A DNA stretch of 64,000 bases from Vulcanimicrobiota bacterium. GTDB lineage: Bacteria > Vulcanimicrobiota > Xenobia > Xenobiales > JADMJV01. Where the stretch lies: contig JBFWNU010000001.1 of the NCBI GenBank assembly GCA_050250895.1, positions 1,806,884 through 1,870,883 on the forward strand, given 5' to 3'. The first letter of the stretch is position 1. Each line of letters begins with the position of its first letter. Below, piece by piece: positions 1 to 9,219 of this stretch. The notes under the pieces were generated by a model, which was not told the origin of the DNA, searched no databases, and saw only the letters and a program-made list of their open reading frames with translations. Position numbers and translations under genes: made by a program.

Positions 1-51
1 TGCCGCCCGTTCGCGTTCAAATCGCCGGTTGAGGCGTTCGACATCGCTCAT
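1..51 (-). CDS. 5' end of a probable H-NOX-associated signalling protein (histidine kinase-like), truncated by the window edge
   Basis: The ATG at 51-49 overlaps the H-NOX stop (ATGA). It reads MSDVERLNRRFERERAA, the coiled-coil N-terminus typical of H-NOX partner kinases. Confidence 0.6.
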   Translation of the reverse strand, partial: MSDVERLNRRFERERAA

Positions 52-587
52 GCCCGAGTCAGCTCGAATCTCGAGGAAGTGTTGTCTTCATCAAGGTTGT
101 GGCGCGCAATCTGTATGTTTTCGCTAAAGTGATCCACACAGCCCTTGATCAGACCCTCAGCCAGATCGGCGAAAGGGCGACTGGATTTGTAGGTCATGAT
201 CAACTTATCGGGGGCCGGGCGTTCGATAGCAAACGAAGGCAGTTCGGCGTCGGGATAGAGCTTTCGAACTTCGACGTGAATGTAGTCTTCTACCCGATTG
301 AGAACGTCGAACGAACTGGTAGCTCCCTCAAAAAAAGTCGGGTAGGCCACTGCAAATCTACCCATCAGGTGGTGACCGAACACCTTGAGCAGGTCGGGCA
401 CCGGGGTGCTCGAGATTTCGCTGAGCTTGACCACCATGCGCACCATCTCCTGGTGGTCGTAGGTGCCGAGCGAAGTGTAGACGCCACCCGACTCGAGCTC
501 ACACTCGTCGAGGATCTGGTCGGCCGTGTCGGCCCCCATCTTCTCCTCAACCATTTCTAAGAATTCTGTGAATACGATGCCTTTCAT
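48..587 (-). CDS. Heme NO-binding (H-NOX/HNOB) domain protein
   Basis: MKGIVFTEF N-terminus, YTSLGTYDHQEM, proximal His (YIHVEVRKLYP) and a YxSxR motif (YKSSR); GGAGG RBS upstream. Confidence 0.9.
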   Translation of the reverse strand: MKGIVFTEFLEMVEEKMGADTADQILDECELESGGVYTSLGTYDHQEMVRMVVKLSEISSTPVPDLLKVFGHHLMGRFAVAYPTFFEGATSSFDVLNRVEDYIHVEVRKLYPDAELPSFAIERPAPDKLIMTYKSSRPFADLAEGLIKGCVDHFSENIQIARHNLDEDNTSSRFELTRA

Positions 588-706
588 GTCCCCTCCAAAT
601 TCCGGGATGCCCCCAGCGCTTTGGAATTTAGACGTTGATTCACTGACTCCCCCTCAGAAACGAGCGCGAGAGGGAGTGAGGGCTGCTCCCACGAAAAGAT
701 CCGGGC

Positions 707-1261
707 ATGGCGAGTCATGGGTGGGGTTACTCGACAGCCCTCGCAGTTGTGGGCCTTTGTTGTCTTCTCCTTGGCGTTCTGGTGGCAGCGGGCCCAGATT
801 ATCTCTTCGTTCTCTTTCGACAACCCGTCCCTCAAGCCCGTCCCGTCACGGTCGGGTGTAAGTCGAACTTGAAAAATGTGGGCACGGCCCTGGAAATGTA
901 CGAGAGCGATTTCAAGGTATACCCCGACCGGCTCACATTGCTGACACCAAACTATCTAAAGACGATTCCCACTTGCCCTGCCGCCAGCAGGGATACCTAT
1001 TCGGCTAGCGCCGAAATGGCGCCGGAGCATTACACGGTGATGTGTGCCGGCCGTAACCATCCCGGCTATCGGGTCTTAGGCCTGGAGGAGAATTATCCCC
1101 GCTGCACCGATGTCGGGGGGCTGACGGTAGCCACGGAGGCGCATGAACAAGCCCTTCGCTTGGCTGAGCGACGGGCAAAGCTCAAGGCCATGGGCCTCGG
1201 CTTGGGCGCCGTATTACTCGGGTTGGCTTTGCTAGGCCAGCCCGGGGTTAGACGTTCCTAA
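707..1261 (+). CDS. Membrane-anchored pseudopilin/GspG-like domain protein
   Basis: N- and C-terminal TM segments flank CKSNLKNVGTALEMY..YP..L..LTPNYLKTIPTCP, a pilin-like globular segment. Confidence 0.55.
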   Translation: MASHGWGYSTALAVVGLCCLLLGVLVAAGPDYLFVLFRQPVPQARPVTVGCKSNLKNVGTALEMYESDFKVYPDRLTLLTPNYLKTIPTCPAASRDTYSASAEMAPEHYTVMCAGRNHPGYRVLGLEENYPRCTDVGGLTVATEAHEQALRLAERRAKLKAMGLGLGAVLLGLALLGQPGVRRS

Positions 1262-1373
1262 CGCTGGCGGAGGCTCGTGGCTGCGAGCGCGCAACGGGCT
1301 TTTCCCGTTCAGCCTCGGGACCGAACTTTCCCGACCGGGCACCCCCTCGGGGCTAGGTGGTGACGACCCAGCG

Positions 1374-1964
1374 TTGAATCATAGCTGGGTGACGCACTTG
1401 AAGAACCGGGGCTTGGCGCCCTTATTCATAGGGCTGGCGATCGTCGCCCTTTTGCTGGTTGCCCTCTTGGGCGTGACGGTCATTAGCTGGATCAGCTATT
1501 CCAATGGCGAGATTGCGCTGCGCAAACAGGTCGAGGCCCAGCAGAAGCAGTGCGAAATCGTCTTCGACCAGACCTGGAAGACCATCAGCCAGCAGGCCCA
1601 GATCGCAGACCGCCACAAAGAGGCCTTTCGAGAGATTTTCGTCGGCATGACCGAAGCCCGGTATGAACAGTCCAGGGGTCAATTGATGTCGATGATTCAA
1701 GAGTCCAACCCGAAATTTGACGCCTCGCTGTTCGAGAAGTTGATGAACACCGTCGAAGCCCAGAGAGCCAACTTCGCTCGCGAGCAGAAGAAACTGATCT
1801 CGCTAGCCCAAGAGCACGAAGCCATGCTAGAGAAGTTTCCGGGCAGCTTGATTCTGGCCAATCGCAAGCCTGTCGACATTAGATTGGTGACCTCTTCGCA
1901 CACCCAGGAAGCATTCGACACAGGCAAGGACGACGACGTCGAACTCTTTCCTGAAAAGAAATAA
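1374..1964 (+). CDS. LemA-like membrane-anchored helical protein (start uncertain)
   Basis: One N-terminal TM followed by a long amphipathic helical domain ending in KFPGS; 2 nt from the next gene. Confidence 0.5.
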   Translation: MNHSWVTHLKNRGLAPLFIGLAIVALLLVALLGVTVISWISYSNGEIALRKQVEAQQKQCEIVFDQTWKTISQQAQIADRHKEAFREIFVGMTEARYEQSRGQLMSMIQESNPKFDASLFEKLMNTVEAQRANFAREQKKLISLAQEHEAMLEKFPGSLILANRKPVDIRLVTSSHTQEAFDTGKDDDVELFPEKK

Positions 1965-1966
1965 GC

Positions 1967-3097
1967 GTGTTTTTCGTCTGGCTTGCGCTGCTTTGGCCCG
2001 TGTTGTTCGCGGCGCTGGGCCTGCTCTTTAGCAAGCGGCTGACCATTGCCGAGTGGGCGGGTCTGGTGGGCTTACCGATCCTCCTGCTGGTGCTCAGCCA
2101 GCGACTGCTCCACAGCCACCTGGTGCGGGACCTCGAGTATTGGGGAGGCTTCGTGAGGGTGGCCGAGTACTACGAGCCCTGGAATGAAAGGGTGAGTTGT
2201 AGCCACACCATCGAGTGCCGACACCTCGACGAGGATGGCGAACCGATTCACACCGACGACGGCAAAGAGCACGCCTATGATGTCGACGACCACCCGGCTT
2301 ATTGGGAGATCATCGACTCAAACAACCTCACGGTCACGATCGATCGTTACACCTACGAGCGTTTGGCACGTAAGTTCGGCCCGGGAAAATTCGTCGACCT
2401 GCATCGAGACTACCACAACCTCGACGGGGATAAGTACGTCATCACCGGTAGCGCCGAGCCCGACCAGCTGGAAGCAGTCACAACCGAGCACAGCTACGAG
2501 AATCGTATTCTCGCCTCTCGCAGTGTCTATCGTTACGAAGAGGTGGAGCCAGCCGACTACGGGCTGTTCGACTATCCCAAGATCACGGGGTTCTATCAGT
2601 GCCCCGCCCTGCTCGGGGTCGAGGACCGTCAGGCCAGCCGTGCCCTCGATAGCTGGAATGCCCGGCTGGGCCCTCCCAAACAGCTGCGTTTGATGGTGCT
2701 GGTGTTCGTGGATAAGCCGCGGGAAGCGGCCCTGGAGCAAGAGGCCTACTGGCAGGGGGGGAACAAGAACGAGTTCGTCGTCTGTGTCGGGGTCGACGCT
2801 CAGCGGCGCCCGCAGTGGTCCCACGTCTTCAGCTGGACCGAAGTCGAAGAGCTCAAGCTCGAGGCCCGCGACCGGGTGATGCAACAGCCTGATGAGCCGC
2901 TCGACCTGGTGGCCCTGATCGATTGGCTGGGCCAGAACGTGGGCGAGAGGTTCGTGCGCAAATCGTTCTCGGATTTCGCGCATTTGGCCGTCGAGCCGCC
3001 CCTGTGGGCCATTCTCTTGATTCATGCGCTGCTCTTCGGTTTCTCTCTGGCCTGGTTGGCGTGGTCGGTCCTCAATCAATACAGCCCGCCCGAGTAG
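1967..3097 (+). CDS. Membrane protein with a large extracytoplasmic (TPM-like) domain
   Basis: Two N-terminal TMs and one C-terminal TM; EQEAYWQGGNKNEFVVCVG motif. Confidence 0.6.
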   Translation: MFFVWLALLWPVLFAALGLLFSKRLTIAEWAGLVGLPILLLVLSQRLLHSHLVRDLEYWGGFVRVAEYYEPWNERVSCSHTIECRHLDEDGEPIHTDDGKEHAYDVDDHPAYWEIIDSNNLTVTIDRYTYERLARKFGPGKFVDLHRDYHNLDGDKYVITGSAEPDQLEAVTTEHSYENRILASRSVYRYEEVEPADYGLFDYPKITGFYQCPALLGVEDRQASRALDSWNARLGPPKQLRLMVLVFVDKPREAALEQEAYWQGGNKNEFVVCVGVDAQRRPQWSHVFSWTEVEELKLEARDRVMQQPDEPLDLVALIDWLGQNVGERFVRKSFSDFAHLAVEPPLWAILLIHALLFGFSLAWLAWSVLNQYSPPE

Positions 3098-3172
3098 GAT
3101 GCCCCTCGCTGGGATGCCCCGCACCTATCCCGAAGTCGGGAGGGCCACCCGAGGGCTCGTCAAACCCGAGAA

Positions 3173-4022
3173 GATGACCCTTCTGTCCCGTCCCCCCGAC
3201 CCCAGCGACCCCAGTTTGGGACCCGTTCACGCCGTCGTGTCCCTGGTGGTGGAAGGGGCCTGCCCGGTGCTGCGCCAGACCGTCGAGACATTCCAGCAGC
3301 AGCACCCCGGGAGAGTCCGGGTCGTTTTCACCAGACCTCACCTTCGGTCTGCCCTCTATCTCAACAACCATCAGCTCGAAGCCGATCAGCTCGAAGAGCG
3401 AGCCAGGCTCTGGCTAGCCCCGGTCAGCCCCGATTGGACGGCCCTGTTTTCGGTCTCGCGGCGCGGCTTTCTGGGCGCCTCGGTGGGGGCAGGCCTGGCC
3501 TTGATGCTGCTCGGGGGCTTGAGTTCCCGTCCGGCCACTGCGGCCGAATCCCCGCTTGACGAAGCTCACCAATCCAAGATTCGCGTCAGGGTCAACGCCA
3601 AAGACCATGAATTGACCGTGGACAACCGCACCACCGTGTTGTCGATGCTGCGCAACCAGTTAGGTTTGCACGGCACCAAGCTCGGCTGCAACCACGGTCA
3701 ATGCGGTGCCTGCACGGTGTTGCTCGAGGGTCAGCGGGTCAACTCGTGTCTGTTGCTGGCCGTCCAGGCCAACGGTCGCACCCTGACCACCATCGAAGGG
3801 CTCTCGCAAGCGGGACTTCACCCCCTGCAAGAGGCCTTCATTCGCCATGATGGCTTTCAGTGTGGCTACTGCACTCCTGGGCAGATCTGTTCGGCGGTGG
3901 GACTGATGAATGAAGGCAGGGCACATACTCGCGCTCAGATTCGCGAAGCCATGAGTGGCAACATTTGCCGTTGCGGGGCCCATCAGGGGATTATCGATGC
4001 TATCAGCGAGGTCGTATCATGA
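3173..4022 (+). CDS. paoA: Aldehyde oxidoreductase/xanthine dehydrogenase 2Fe-2S subunit (PaoA/YagT-like) with twin-arginine motif; start uncertain
   Basis: GTKLGCNHGQCGACTV, FQCGYCTPGQ and GNICRCG; SRRGFLG followed by a hydrophobic stretch and ATA. Confidence 0.85.
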
Positions 4023-5008
4023 ACCCCTTCGAGTATCAACGAGCTGAGGATGCAGCCTCGGCCGTGACGGCTGTGCGCGAACGCCAGGGGGCAACCTTTC
4101 TGGGCGGGGGAACGGCCCTGGTCGACTTGATGAAGGAGGGCGCCGAGTTGCCCACGAGGCTGGTCGACGTCAGTGCCCTTGGCTCACTCGAGGTCACCCG
4201 GGATGGAGAGCAATTGGTGCTGGGGGCGGCCGCGTCGAATACGGCGGTGGCCTATTCCGGGCTGGTCGAGCAACATTTTCCGGCCCTTTCTCAAGCCATT
4301 CTCTCGGGAGCTTCTCCGCAACTGCGCAATCGGGCCACGGTGGCCGGCAACCTGATGCAACGCACTCGCTGCCCCTACTTTCGCGGTAACGGTTTTGCCT
4401 GCAACAAGCGCAAGCCGGGCTCGGGGTGTGCCGCCCTGGAAGGCTACAATCGTTACCACGCCGTGCTGGGGGTCAGTCCCAGCTGCATCGCCGCCCATCC
4501 TTCTGATCTGTGTGTGGCCCTGATGTTAAGTCAAGCCAGACTCGCCGTCGAAGGGGTAGGCGGCTCCCGCCAGCTCGGCCTGGAAGAACTCTATCGGCTG
4601 CCGGGCAAGACTCCCTGGCTCGAGCACAACCTGGCCGACCACGACCTGATTCGCGAGGTGCGCTTTCGGGCCGAACCCCTGCTGCGCCATTCGATCTACC
4701 TCAAAGTGCGTGACCGAGCTTCTTACGCTTTCGCCCTCGTGTCGGTGGCCGCCGCCGCCAGCTTCGAGGGCGATACGCCCAGCCAGCTGCGAGTCGCTCT
4801 GGGTGGGGTCGGAGCCGTGCCATGGCGGGCCCGCCGCATCGAAGAGGGCCTGCTCGGCAAACCCCTCAGCCAGGCGGCGGTGGACGCGGCCGTGGCCGAA
4901 GAGTTCGCCTCGGCCAGCCTGCGAGAACACAACGCCTTCAAGTTCGCCCTGACCAAGCGGGCTGTCTGGCGGGCGCTCAGCCAGTTGCTCAAAGGAGCCC
5001 CGTCGTGA
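4019..5008 (+). CDS. paoB: FAD-binding subunit (PaoB/YagS-like)
   Basis: MNPFEYQRA, GGGTALVDLMK, GASPQLRNRATVAGNLMQRTRC and a 4Fe-4S Cys cluster (RCPYFR..CNKR..GC..SC); ATGA overlap with paoA. Confidence 0.9.
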   Translation: MNPFEYQRAEDAASAVTAVRERQGATFLGGGTALVDLMKEGAELPTRLVDVSALGSLEVTRDGEQLVLGAAASNTAVAYSGLVEQHFPALSQAILSGASPQLRNRATVAGNLMQRTRCPYFRGNGFACNKRKPGSGCAALEGYNRYHAVLGVSPSCIAAHPSDLCVALMLSQARLAVEGVGGSRQLGLEELYRLPGKTPWLEHNLADHDLIREVRFRAEPLLRHSIYLKVRDRASYAFALVSVAAAASFEGDTPSQLRVALGGVGAVPWRARRIEEGLLGKPLSQAAVDAAVAEEFASASLREHNAFKFALTKRAVWRALSQLLKGAPS

Positions 5009-7140
5009 CGATGATCGGTAGCGACCCCGTCCGGGTTACCGGCCAGGCCAAGGTCACCGGACAGGCCCGTTATGTGGCCGAGTGTGCCCCTCCAGGTTGT
5101 CTGCACGGTCGCCTGGTGGAGGCGACCGTGGCCAGCGGAACCATCGCTAGCCTCGAGACCGGCGCCGCCCAGGCGGTGCCCGGGGTGAAGCTGGTGCTCA
5201 GCCACCACAACTTCCCCCGCCTCAGCCCTCCCAAGCAGAGCCTGGGCATGTGGGAAGAGATCTTGCCCCTGCAGGGCACCGAGATTCACTACGACGGGCA
5301 AGCGGTGGCCATGGTGGTGGCCACCAGCCCGGAAGCCGCCGACCTCGGGGCTCGCGAAGTGCGGGTTAAGTATCAGGCCAGCCCACCCGTCACCGACCTG
5401 ACCAAAGCCGACCTGCAAAAGGCCGAGAAGATGTTCAACCGGCCCATCAATCACAGCTCGGGCCAGGTGGACCCGGCCCTGGTTGGGGCCGCCTTCAAGG
5501 TCGACCAGGTCTACGAGACCCCGGTGACCTCGCACGCCCAGATGGAACTGATCGCCAGCCTGGCCGACTGGACCGACCAGGGACTCACCTTGCATCAGAC
5601 TACCCAGGCCGTCCAACGCACCCAGATGATGATGGCCGAGGTGCTGGGGTTATCGCCCGACAAGGTGCGGGTCCTGTGTCCGTTCGTGGGTGGGGCCTTC
5701 GGCATCAAAGGGTTTCTCGGCCCGGGGGCCTTTCTGGCGGCGGTGGCCTCCAAGCGCACCGGCCGGCCGGTGTTGCTCGAGATGTCGCGTCAGGCCCACT
5801 TCAGCAACGCTGGCCACCGGGGACGCACAGTCCAACGGGTGGTCGTGGGTGCCGACCAGCAGGGAAAACTGGTGGCCCTGCGCCATCAGACCGATACCGA
5901 GACCAGCTTTCGCGCTATGTTTATCGAGACGGCCGGGGCTCCCTCGCTCAAGCTTTATGGAGTGCCCAATCTCGAGGTGAGCCACCGGGTGGCCAGAGTG
6001 AACCGCACCACTCCCTGTCCGACCCGGGGGCCGGGCGAGACGCCAGGTACCTTCGCCCTCGAGTCGGCTATCGATGAGTTGGCTCACCAGGCCGGCATCG
6101 ACCCGGTCGAATTTCGCCTGCGCAACGACACGGCCACCGAGCCGGCTTCGGGCAAGCCTTATTCGACCCGAAACCTGGCCGAGTGCCTACGCACCGGTTC
6201 ACAGCGATTCGGTTGGGGCACCAAGCCCGACGTCGAGGGTTGGCTGGTGGGTCACGGAGTAGCCGCCGGGGTCTTTCCGGCTCATCGTCGACCCGCCAGT
6301 TGCCGGGTCGTGATGGCGGGACAGGGCGCGATCAAAGTGCAGGCGGCCACCCACGATCTGGGCACGGGGGCCTATACGGTGATGACCCAGGTGGCTAGCG
6401 AGTCGCTCGAGTTGCCTTTAGAATCGCTGGATTTTGAGCTGGGAGACTCGGCTTTGCCTGAGGCCCCGATTACGGGTGGTTCGTCGACCACCGCCTCGGT
6501 GGCGCCAGCCGTGCAAGCGGCCTGTCTGGCTGCCCGCCAGGAGCTGCTCGAGCGGGCTGCCAAGAAGTGGGGGGTTCAACCCGGCGAGCTGACCTATGCT
6601 CAGGGAACCATCCGCGGGGGGCCGGGTCAGCTCGGTTGGCGAGAGCTAGTCAAAGAGACTCCGCTGAGCGTCGAACGAGCCACCAACTCGGATCAGGACG
6701 ACAGATTCGCTTATTCCTCGTTCGGAGCCCACTTTCTCGAAGTGCTGGTTGACCCCGACCTGGGCATCGTGCGGGCTCACCGCCTGGTCAGCGTGTTCGA
6801 CATCGGCCAGGTGGTCAACCCGCGCACGGCCGCCAGCCAGATCTATGGCGGGGCCATCTATGGCCTGGGCATGGCGCTGATGGAAGAGATCAACTATGGT
6901 CCCGACGGACGCATCGCCACCCGCAACCTGGCCGACTATCACGTGCCGGTGCATCCTGACATTCCGGCCATGGAGGTGGTTTTCGTAGGCCAGCCCGATC
7001 TGGCTTTCAACCCCATTGGCTGTCGGGGGGCCGGCGAAATCGCCACTACCGGCATCGCCGCGGCCGTGGCCAATGCCGTCTTTAACGCCACCGGCAAGCG
7101 GATCCGCAGCCTGCCCGTCACCCTCGACAAGCTACTCTAG
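5005..7140 (+). CDS. paoC: Molybdopterin-binding subunit (PaoC/YagR-like)
   Basis: KVTGQARY, VGGAFG, RGPG, DLGTG and GAGEI..AAAVANAVFNATGKRIRSLP; GTG start with AAGGAG RBS. Confidence 0.9.
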   Translation: MTMIGSDPVRVTGQAKVTGQARYVAECAPPGCLHGRLVEATVASGTIASLETGAAQAVPGVKLVLSHHNFPRLSPPKQSLGMWEEILPLQGTEIHYDGQAVAMVVATSPEAADLGAREVRVKYQASPPVTDLTKADLQKAEKMFNRPINHSSGQVDPALVGAAFKVDQVYETPVTSHAQMELIASLADWTDQGLTLHQTTQAVQRTQMMMAEVLGLSPDKVRVLCPFVGGAFGIKGFLGPGAFLAAVASKRTGRPVLLEMSRQAHFSNAGHRGRTVQRVVVGADQQGKLVALRHQTDTETSFRAMFIETAGAPSLKLYGVPNLEVSHRVARVNRTTPCPTRGPGETPGTFALESAIDELAHQAGIDPVEFRLRNDTATEPASGKPYSTRNLAECLRTGSQRFGWGTKPDVEGWLVGHGVAAGVFPAHRRPASCRVVMAGQGAIKVQAATHDLGTGAYTVMTQVASESLELPLESLDFELGDSALPEAPITGGSSTTASVAPAVQAACLAARQELLERAAKKWGVQPGELTYAQGTIRGGPGQLGWRELVKETPLSVERATNSDQDDRFAYSSFGAHFLEVLVDPDLGIVRAHRLVSVFDIGQVVNPRTAASQIYGGAIYGLGMALMEEINYGPDGRIATRNLADYHVPVHPDIPAMEVVFVGQPDLAFNPIGCRGAGEIATTGIAAAVANAVFNATGKRIRSLPVTLDKLL

Positions 7141-8519
7141 CTCAAAACCATGCTCTGAGCCCGGTGCTGGCCCACCGAAAGCACCCTGACGGGAGCACCG
7201 GCCAGCTCTTCCACCCGGCGAACATAAGCCAGGGCCGCCGGGGGCAGGTCTTCGAGAGTGTCCACACCTTCCAACGAGCCGAAGCCTTCCATCTCTTCAT
7301 AGACGGGCTCGCAATCGTCGAGATGGTGGGCGCGGGCGGGAAAGCTCTGCAAGAACTTGCCCTGATAGCGATAGCCGGTGCAGATCTTCAGGCTGGGCAT
7401 GTGGCTGAGCACGTCGAGCTTGGTCAAAGCCAGGCCGTTGAGCCCCGACAGGCGCACGGCGTGGCGCACCGCCACCATGTCGAGCCAGCCGCAGCGGCGC
7501 GGACGGCCGGTAGTGGTGCCGTACTCGTGACCGGCCCGACGAATCCAGCTGCCCATCAAATAGTCGTCGCCACCGGCCGCCCGTTGTTTTTCGGCCTGGC
7601 TGAGTTCGGGCAGCGAGGTGCCCGGCTCGACGCTGTCTTTGGCCTTGATCTCCTCGTAGGTGCCCAGTTCGCCGGGAAACGGCCCTTCGCCGACCCGGGT
7701 GCCGTAGGCTTTGACCACACCCAGCCGCAGCTCGGGCAGCACGAAATTGCCGCTGCCCAGATGGCAACCGGCCATGCTCACCGACGACGAGGTCACGAAG
7801 GGATAGGTGCCCCAGTCGAGATCGAGCAGCGATCCCTGGGCGCCCTCATACATGAAGCCTTTGCCCTCACTGTTGAGGCGGGCGATCAGGTCGGCGGTGT
7901 CGGTGACCTTGTGGCGAAAGACCTCGGCGGCAGCGAAGGTTGCCTCGAGCACGGCTTCGAGGTCGATGGGCTCGAGTTCGTAGAGCCGGGTCAAGAGGCG
8001 ATTTTTCTCGGCGCCGACCTCGCGCAGGCGGGCGGCGAAGTGGTCGCGGTCGATCTGCCCGTGCTCATCGACCAGATCGCCCACCCGCAAGCCGCGCCGG
8101 CTGGCCCGGTCTTCGTAGCAGGGACCGATGCCGCGAGCGGTGGTGCCGATCTTACCGCCCAGATGGGCGTCCAGGCGCTTGTGCCACGGCATGACCAGGT
8201 GGGCCCGGTCGCTGATAAACAGGTTGTCGCAGCTGACTCCGCGCGAGCGCAGGCTGTTGATCTCTTCGACCAGAGACATCGGTTCGATCACCACCCCGGC
8301 GGCCACCACGTTGGTGACTTGAGGATGCAAGATGCCCGACGGGATCAAGTGCAAGGGATACTTGCCGTCGTCGAGCACGATGGTGTGGCCGGCGTTGGCT
8401 CCGCCGTTATAGCGCACCACCACGTCGATGTTGGCCCGCTCGACCAACAGGTCGACCACCTTGCCTTTGCCCTCGTCGCCAAACTGGGCACCTACTACTA
8501 AAAAGCTCTTGGCGTCCAT
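7137..8519 (-). CDS. purA: Adenylosuccinate synthetase
   Basis: GAQFGDEGKGK, GGANAGHT, EGAQG, GTTTGRPRRCGWLD and TKLD. Confidence 0.97.
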   Translation of the reverse strand: MDAKSFLVVGAQFGDEGKGKVVDLLVERANIDVVVRYNGGANAGHTIVLDDGKYPLHLIPSGILHPQVTNVVAAGVVIEPMSLVEEINSLRSRGVSCDNLFISDRAHLVMPWHKRLDAHLGGKIGTTARGIGPCYEDRASRRGLRVGDLVDEHGQIDRDHFAARLREVGAEKNRLLTRLYELEPIDLEAVLEATFAAAEVFRHKVTDTADLIARLNSEGKGFMYEGAQGSLLDLDWGTYPFVTSSSVSMAGCHLGSGNFVLPELRLGVVKAYGTRVGEGPFPGELGTYEEIKAKDSVEPGTSLPELSQAEKQRAAGGDDYLMGSWIRRAGHEYGTTTGRPRRCGWLDMVAVRHAVRLSGLNGLALTKLDVLSHMPSLKICTGYRYQGKFLQSFPARAHHLDDCEPVYEEMEGFGSLEGVDTLEDLPPAALAYVRRVEELAGAPVRVLSVGQHRAQSMVLS

Positions 8520-8530
8520 CGTGTCTCCTC

Positions 8531-9217
8531 TCAGCGAGCCAGCTGCCGCAGCAGGGTCTCCATCCGCGCATGGGGGTCGCGGAAGTGTTCGACATAGTCT
8601 TCCATCGACAGGCCGATGACTTTGAGGGCCTCGGCCCGGCCATAGACTGCGTCGATGTCGACCTTGCGCACCTTGGTGGGGCTGGGCAGATCTTTGTAGC
8701 TCAAGAAATAGTGGACCAGACGATCGAGCAGCCCTTCGGGCAGCCCGGTCACGTCGGTAACCTCGCCAAATACGGCGTCGCCGTGCATGACGGCGATGAT
8801 CTTGTCGTCGGACTCGTTGGAATCGATCATGCGGATACCGCCGATGGGAGTGGCCGTCACCAGCAGGTCGCCGTGGGAGATGCTGCGCTCAGAGAGCACA
8901 CAGATGTCGATGGGGTCACCGTCGCCCTTGATGCCCTCGCGACCGCTCTGTTGCGAGCAATACTCACCGATGCGCGCGCCACAGTAGGTTCGAGGAATGA
9001 AGCCGTAGAGCGACGGGCACAGGCTCGAGAACTTCTGAGGTCGGTCGAGCTTGAGATAGCCAGACGGCTTGTCGATTTCGTATTTGACGGTGTCGGTGGG
9101 CACCTGCTCGATGAAAGCCGTGACCGTGGCCGGGGCCTCAGGACCCGGATTGACTCCGTGCCAGGGGTGGGGCTTGAAGAAGAGCCCCATCAGTTCGCGA
9201 AGTTCAGACTGCTCCAT
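8531..9217 (-). CDS. ppa: Inorganic pyrophosphatase (family I)
   Basis: HPWHG, KYEIDK, YGFIPRT, GDGDPIDI and DDKIIAV; the ATG at 9217 follows the guaB stop. Confidence 0.93.
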   Translation of the reverse strand: MEQSELRELMGLFFKPHPWHGVNPGPEAPATVTAFIEQVPTDTVKYEIDKPSGYLKLDRPQKFSSLCPSLYGFIPRTYCGARIGEYCSQQSGREGIKGDGDPIDICVLSERSISHGDLLVTATPIGGIRMIDSNESDDKIIAVMHGDAVFGEVTDVTGLPEGLLDRLVHYFLSYKDLPSPTKVRKVDIDAVYGRAEALKVIGLSMEDYVEHFRDPHARMETLLRQLAR

Positions 9218-9219
9218 GC

